From Acidobacteriota bacterium (GTDB taxonomy: Bacteria > Acidobacteriota > UBA890 > WLXD01): a DNA stretch of 64,000 bases. The position numbers and the translations under genes were made by a program. Location of the stretch: the NCBI GenBank assembly GCA_963666055.2, contig CAXWPH010000015.1, positions 2,080,001 through 2,144,000 of the forward strand, in the 5' to 3' direction. Shown here piece after piece: positions 59,101 through 64,000 of this stretch. Numbering within the stretch: position 1 is the stretch's first letter; each line of letters starts with the position of its first letter. The notes beneath the pieces were generated by a model that saw only the letters and a program-made list of their open reading frames with translations, ran no database searches and was not told the origin of the DNA.

Positions 59101-59329
59101 CGTTTTGCCTCCCGTGCGGAGCGCGCGTGCACCCGAGCGCAGGCCCACCGAACGCTTCCCGCGCCCGGGCACAACGCGTTCTCTGCACGGTAAGAGCCCC
59201 GGCCGGCGTGTTTCGTCGAGGTTTTCTGAGCGCCCCCGTCAGCTAGCAGGCCCGCAGCACTTCCACCCCAGCCTGGTAGTGGCCTGTAACAGATGATCGA
59301 CTTGGTCGGCCCTATGATGAGGCTGCCAG

Positions 59330-60880
59330 CTAGAGCGGTATGTTGCCGTGCTTCTTGGGAGGGTTGCTGTCGGCCTTGGTGTCGAGCGCCAGAAGTGCCC
59401 GTATGAGCTTCGGCCGAGTATCACGAGGATGAATCACCTCATCGATCCAACCGCGCTCAGCTGCGATGTAGGGGTTGGCGAACTTGTCGCGCAACTCCTT
59501 CACCTTGGCCGCCCGTAGCGCTTCCGCATCCTCGGCGGCCGCCAGCTCGCGGCGGAACAGCACGTTTACCGCGCCTTCTGAACCCATCACTGCAATCTCT
59601 GCCGCCGGGTAGGCGAAATTCACGTCGGTGCGGAGGTGCTTGGAAGCCATCACGCAGTAGGCGCCGCCGTAGGCCTTCCGGGTGATCACCGTCAGCTTCG
59701 GTACCGTGGCCTCGGCGAAAGCGTAGAGCAGCTTGGCACCGTGCTTGATTATGCCGGCGAACTCCTGCTCTGTGCCGGGCAGAAAGCCCGGCACGTCTTC
59801 GAACACCACCAGCGGGATGTTGAAGGCGTCGCAGAAGCGCACGAACCGCGCGCCCTTGACCGAGGCGTCGATATCCAGCGTGCCGGCCAGGTGGTCCGGC
59901 TGGTTGGCGACGATGCCCACGGGCATGCCGTGCAGCCGCGCGAACCCGGTGACCAGGTTGCGTGCGTAGGCTTCGTGTACCTGTAGGAAATTGCCGTGGT
60001 CAACGACGCGAACGATCACGTCGACGATGTTGTACGGGCTGTTCGGGTCAATGGGCACGAGCTCGTCGAGCTCGACATCTGCACGTCGCGGATCATCCGT
60101 CGGATCCAATCGTGGCGCGTCTTCTCGATTGTTGCTCGGCAGGTAAGAGAGCAGCTCGCGGATCAGCGCCAGGCACTCTTGATCGTTGGCCGACGAGAAG
60201 TGCGCCACGCCGCTACGCGTGCTATGGACCTCTGCGCCGCCCAGATCCTGCGCCGAGACGTCCTCGTGCATCACCGTCTTGATGACGTCGGGGCCAGTCA
60301 GAAACATGTACGAGCTCCCCTCGACCATGGCGACGAAATCGGTGATCGCCGGCGAGTAGACGGCGCCGCCGGCACACGGGCCCATGATTGCCGAGATCTG
60401 CGGAATTACCCCGGAGGCGAGCGTATTGCGAAGAAAAATCTCTGAGTAACCGGCCAACGCCGCGACCCCCTCCTGAATCCGCGCGCCACCGGAATCATTG
60501 AGGCCGATGACCGGTGCCCCAGTCTTGATCGCCAGGTCCATTACCTTGCAGATCTTCCAGGCGTTGCTCTCCGAAACCGAGCCACCGAAGACCGTGAAGT
60601 CCTGTGCGAACACGTAAACGAGCCGACCATCGATACGCCCAAAGCCCGACACCACGCCGTCGCCTTCGATTTGTTGCTCCTCCATGCCGAAGTCGCGACA
60701 TTGGTGCCGAACGTGTACGTCAAGCTCCTGAAAAGACTCTGAATCGAGCAGGTATTCCAGCCGCTCGCGGGCGCTCAGCTTGCCGGCGTTGTGCTGGCGC
60801 TCTATGCGAGCTGCACCACCGCCGGTGCGTGCGGTCTGTCGCCGGCGTTCGAGCTCGGCTGCTGGGTCGTCGTACGACAC
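59330..60880 (-). CDS. pccB: Acyl-CoA carboxylase carboxyltransferase subunit (PccB-like)
   Basis: [36 protein letters not shown]. Confidence 0.9.
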   Translation of the reverse strand: MSYDDPAAELERRRQTARTGGGAARIERQHNAGKLSARERLEYLLDSESFQELDVHVRHQCRDFGMEEQQIEGDGVVSGFGRIDGRLVYVFAQDFTVFGGSVSESNAWKICKVMDLAIKTGAPVIGLNDSGGARIQEGVAALAGYSEIFLRNTLASGVIPQISAIMGPCAGGAVYSPAITDFVAMVEGSSYMFLTGPDVIKTVMHEDVSAQDLGGAEVHSTRSGVAHFSSANDQECLALIRELLSYLPSNNREDAPRLDPTDDPRRADVELDELVPIDPNSPYNIVDVIVRVVDHGNFLQVHEAYARNLVTGFARLHGMPVGIVANQPDHLAGTLDIDASVKGARFVRFCDAFNIPLVVFEDVPGFLPGTEQEFAGIIKHGAKLLYAFAEATVPKLTVITRKAYGGAYCVMASKHLRTDVNFAYPAAEIAVMGSEGAVNVLFRRELAAAEDAEALRAAKVKELRDKFANPYIAAERGWIDEVIHPRDTRPKLIRALLALDTKADSNPPKKHGNIPL

Positions 60881-60900
60881 GGCGATCGGTCTGCGGGTGG

Positions 60901-61584
60901 TCAGCCCTTGGCTCCGGCCGGGAGCGCCAGGTCGGCGACGAGCTCGCGCGCCCCTTCCCAGTCGGCGAGGAAGGCGGCGAGCCCCTTGTCGGTGAGTGGG
61001 TGCTTGAACATCGAGTCGAATACCTTGGTCGGTATCGTGACGATGTCGGCGCCCATGAGGGCCGCGTCGAGAACATGCTTCGGGTTGCGCACGGAGCCCA
61101 CCAGCACTTCCGTGGCGTAGCCGTAGTTCTCGTACATTTGGACGATCTGTCGGACTAACTCCATCCCGTCGTGCCCGACGTCGTCGAGGCGGCCTACGAA
61201 CGGCGAGATAATCGTCGCGCCTGCTTTCGCAGCGAGGAGTGCTTGTAAGGGCGAGAAACAGAGCGTCACGTTGGTGCGGATGCCCTCTTGGGACAGCGTC
61301 GCCACCGCCCGAATGCCCTCTCGCAGCAGTGGGATCTTGACCACGACGTTGTCGTGTATGGGCGCTAGGCGACGGGCCTCGTCGACCATACCGTCGTAGT
61401 CGGTGGATAGCACCTCGGCGCTGATTGGGCCGTCCACGATGCCGCAAATCTCCGCGATGACATCTTCGAACGGACGCCCTTCTTTGGCCACGAGTGACGG
61501 GTTCGTGGTCACTCCATCAAGCACGCCGGTTTCTCCGGCCGCACGGATCTCGTCGATGTTCGCGGTGTCGAGGAAGATCTTCAT
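60901..61584 (-). CDS. fsa: Transaldolase / fructose-6-phosphate aldolase family
   Basis: [26 protein letters not shown]. Confidence 0.9.
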   Translation of the reverse strand: MKIFLDTANIDEIRAAGETGVLDGVTTNPSLVAKEGRPFEDVIAEICGIVDGPISAEVLSTDYDGMVDEARRLAPIHDNVVVKIPLLREGIRAVATLSQEGIRTNVTLCFSPLQALLAAKAGATIISPFVGRLDDVGHDGMELVRQIVQMYENYGYATEVLVGSVRNPKHVLDAALMGADIVTIPTKVFDSMFKHPLTDKGLAAFLADWEGARELVADLALPAGAKG

Positions 61585-61742
61585 CGGATAGCCTCCCGAG
61601 AGATTTGTGGCGCCGCCGAAAGCCCCATGTCCCCGAATCGGCAGCCGCAGCGCGGCTAGTCTAGCAGGTCACGCACGAACCCAGGTGGTTGCCGGCCGCC
61701 GAGCACGGTGCGGCAGGCTCGGTCGGTGGCGCGGGCCCTCGC

Positions 61743-63035
61743 TTACCGCAGGCGCCAGTCGTAGACCGGATAGGCGTCCGTGAGCTCGCTCACCTGTGCG
61801 GCGACGTCGATGATGACATCCGGGTTGCCGCGCGACTCGAGCACCCGCGCCATCCAACCGACGATCTGACGCATGTGCTCCTCCGTGAGGCCCCGCGTGG
61901 TGGTGGCCGGCGTGCCGATGCGCAAGCCCGAGGTGACGAACGGCGAGCGCTGATCGAACGGAATCGTGTTCTTGTTGACCACGATACCCGCCTCGTCGAG
62001 CCACGCCTCGGCTTCCTTCCCGGTGACACCCTGCTTGCCGACGTCGATGAGGACGAGGTGAGTATCGGTGCCGCCTGACACGCAGCGAAAGCCCGCGTCG
62101 CTGAACTCCGCGGCGAGGGCCTTGGCGTTGGCGATGATCTGCGCGGCGTACGCGCCGAAGCTCTCGTCCAGAGCTTCTGCCAGGCACACTGCCTTGGCGG
62201 CGATCAGGTGCTGAAAGGGCCCGCCTTGGATGCCAGGAAACACTGCCTGGTCGAGCCGGGCAGCGTGCTCCTTGCGGCACAGCACGATGCCGCCACGCGG
62301 TCCACGCAACGTCTTGTGGGTTGTCGAGCTGACGAAGTCGGCGTGTGGGCACGGATTGGGGTGCAGCCCCGCTGCCACCAACCCGGCCGGGTGCGCGATG
62401 TCCGCGTGTAGTATTGCGCCGACCTCGTCGGCGATCTCCCGGCAGCGGGCGAAGTCGATGTGGCGCGGGTAGGCCGAGAACCCGACAACGATGAGCTTGG
62501 GGCGATGCTCTCGGGCGATCATCGCCATGGCGTCGTAGTCGAGCAGTTCCGTTTCCTCGTCGACGCCATGAGTGACGACGTTGTACAGCTGGCCCGAGAA
62601 CGACATCCGATGGCCGTGCGACAGATGCCCGCCTTCCGACAACCCCATGCCCATCAGCGTGTCGTCAGGCTCTAGCGCTGCGTAGTACACGGCCATGTTC
62701 GCTTGTGTACCGCTGTGCGGCTGAACATTGGCGTGCTCGGCGCCAAACAGTCGTTGCGCACGCTCGATCGCGAGCGTTTCCGTCATGTCGACAAACTCGC
62801 AACCGCCGTAGTATCGGTGGCCTGGATAGCCCTCGGAGTACTTGTTCGACATCACCGAGGCGCACGCCTCCAATACCGCCTCGGAGCTGTAGTTCTCGCT
62901 GGCGATCATGATCAATTTGCGCGATTGTTTCTCGGTTTCCTTGCGAATGACGCTCGCAACCTCGGGGTCGACTTCATCAAGACTTCGAGCGAGACGCGCG
63001 CCGGTGTGGGGCGTGGAAAACGGAGAGTCGACCAT
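61743..63035 (-). CDS. glyA: Serine hydroxymethyltransferase
   Basis: IASEN, NKYSEGYPG, GGHLSHG, TTHKTLRGPRGG. Confidence 0.97.
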   Translation of the reverse strand: MVDSPFSTPHTGARLARSLDEVDPEVASVIRKETEKQSRKLIMIASENYSSEAVLEACASVMSNKYSEGYPGHRYYGGCEFVDMTETLAIERAQRLFGAEHANVQPHSGTQANMAVYYAALEPDDTLMGMGLSEGGHLSHGHRMSFSGQLYNVVTHGVDEETELLDYDAMAMIAREHRPKLIVVGFSAYPRHIDFARCREIADEVGAILHADIAHPAGLVAAGLHPNPCPHADFVSSTTHKTLRGPRGGIVLCRKEHAARLDQAVFPGIQGGPFQHLIAAKAVCLAEALDESFGAYAAQIIANAKALAAEFSDAGFRCVSGGTDTHLVLIDVGKQGVTGKEAEAWLDEAGIVVNKNTIPFDQRSPFVTSGLRIGTPATTTRGLTEEHMRQIVGWMARVLESRGNPDVIIDVAAQVSELTDAYPVYDWRLR

Positions 63036-63091
63036 TCCGGAGCTCCGGGTTCTGCGGCAGAGATGGTGTCGGGCTAGGCTCGAAGACGGCC

Positions 63092-63153
63092 ATTATAGGT
63101 CCGCGCGATGAACACGCTGACACAGGTGGACGCCGTACGTGTGGGCGTATAAT
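63092..63153. promoter_or_regulatory. Divergent -10 boxes for glyA and the following gene
   Basis: TATAAT on minus (63097-63092) and on plus (63148-63153) in a GC-rich intergenic region. Confidence 0.45.
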
Positions 63154-63234
63154 CGATCAAACAGGGCGATACCGGGCGGGGGGCGCCGGGCGACCGCGTC
63201 TCGGTCTGGTGGGTCGCCCTGAGGGGAAGGTGGG

Positions 63235-64000
63235 ATGACACCATCTCGACGCACCCTGGCGCGCCCGTTGCTGGTTGTGCCCATGGCCCTCTTGGCACTG
63301 GGCATCAGCTTTCTGTGGGGCTATCAGAGCCATCGCGGCGAGACTTTTCCCTACTCCATCATCTCGTGGTTCCTGGCCGACACTGATAACAAGCCCTATA
63401 GCTGGATCCGCCCCCAGGGACGCCCGCTGAGCGACCTCCGAGCGCTTGCCTATGTCGGTGCGAACTTCGATCCGGACTCCGATCGTCGCGGCGTCCAGGT
63501 CCACGACGCGCAACGCGCCTGGGACGGTCTGAATTTCTATTACTCGGCCTTCCAGGCACCGTTTCTGCTAGTAGACCATGGAAGGACGCGAGGTGCGACG
63601 CTGGTCGGACCCCGGGACGCTGATCGCGCACGCCGAGCTGTTGCCGGACGCCGGCCTGATCTTGGTGAGGTTCGACAAACAAGTCGTGCGCCTCGATCCC
63701 GACTCCCGCCCGCGCTGGGTCGCCGACGTGCGGGCTCATCATGGTGTAGCGATTCACGGGGACGAGCTGTGGGCACTCTCGAGACGAGAGAGATCGATTC
63801 CTGAAGTGCATCCGACTCAGCAGATCCTCGAAGACACGCTGACCCTGCTGTCGCTGGAGACGGGGAAGGTGCGCGAGGAGTTCTCGTTGCTCGACGTTGT
63901 GCGCTCCTCGCCCTACGGTTTCTTGCTCGCCAGTGTTGCGAGTCGCCAGTTCGTCGCCGCCGACGGTCCGTTGGATACTCTGCATACGAACCATGTGTCG
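63235..64000 (+). CDS. Arylsulfotransferase-like protein, frameshifted near 63577, runs off window end
   Basis: After removing one base: LVDMEGREVRRW...AHHGV...ILEDTL...DTLHTNHV. Confidence 0.7.

Noticed and set aside
63036-63234. ZTP or glycine riboswitch upstream of glyA
   Set aside because: The GGGCGACC/GGTCGCCC hairpin lies upstream of the putative glyA -10 box and lacks the conserved aptamer nucleotides

Overview
GC-rich bacterial chromosome segment; the gene content (PDZ/PAS sensor kinase, beta-propeller Ser/Thr kinases, wHTH-TPR regulator, DUF885/DUF5916 proteins) suggests Acidobacteriota, which is an inference. Several single-base or homopolymer frameshifts look like long-read errors. 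1-27.9 kb holds the 5' end of polA, a TonB-like receptor, a sigma54 two-component pair, hydrolases, an ABC-2 exporter and an Opp-type ABC/oxidoreductase operon. 45.9-64 kb is housekeeping (dNK, folK, smpB, pdxA, holB, acyl-CoA carboxylase, transaldolase, glyA). Between them, ~27.9-45.85 kb, is an accessory island with two parts. The right part is a compact capsid-less, phage-satellite-like element: catalytic-domain-only tyrosine recombinase, cI/cro switch with promoter and palindrome, iteron-containing replication initiator, DnaC-like loader, excisionase-like HTH, and a translationally coupled three-gene cargo operon that may be an undescribed toxin-antitoxin/anti-phage module. The left part is a mosaic of diverged direct-repeat modules (integrase C-terminus plus HTH, an MDERDP micro-ORF, a Zn-finger ORF, a promoter) interleaved with cargo, including a ribosomal protein bS21 gene and a split kinase. 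No rRNA, tRNA or CRISPR array was recognised.
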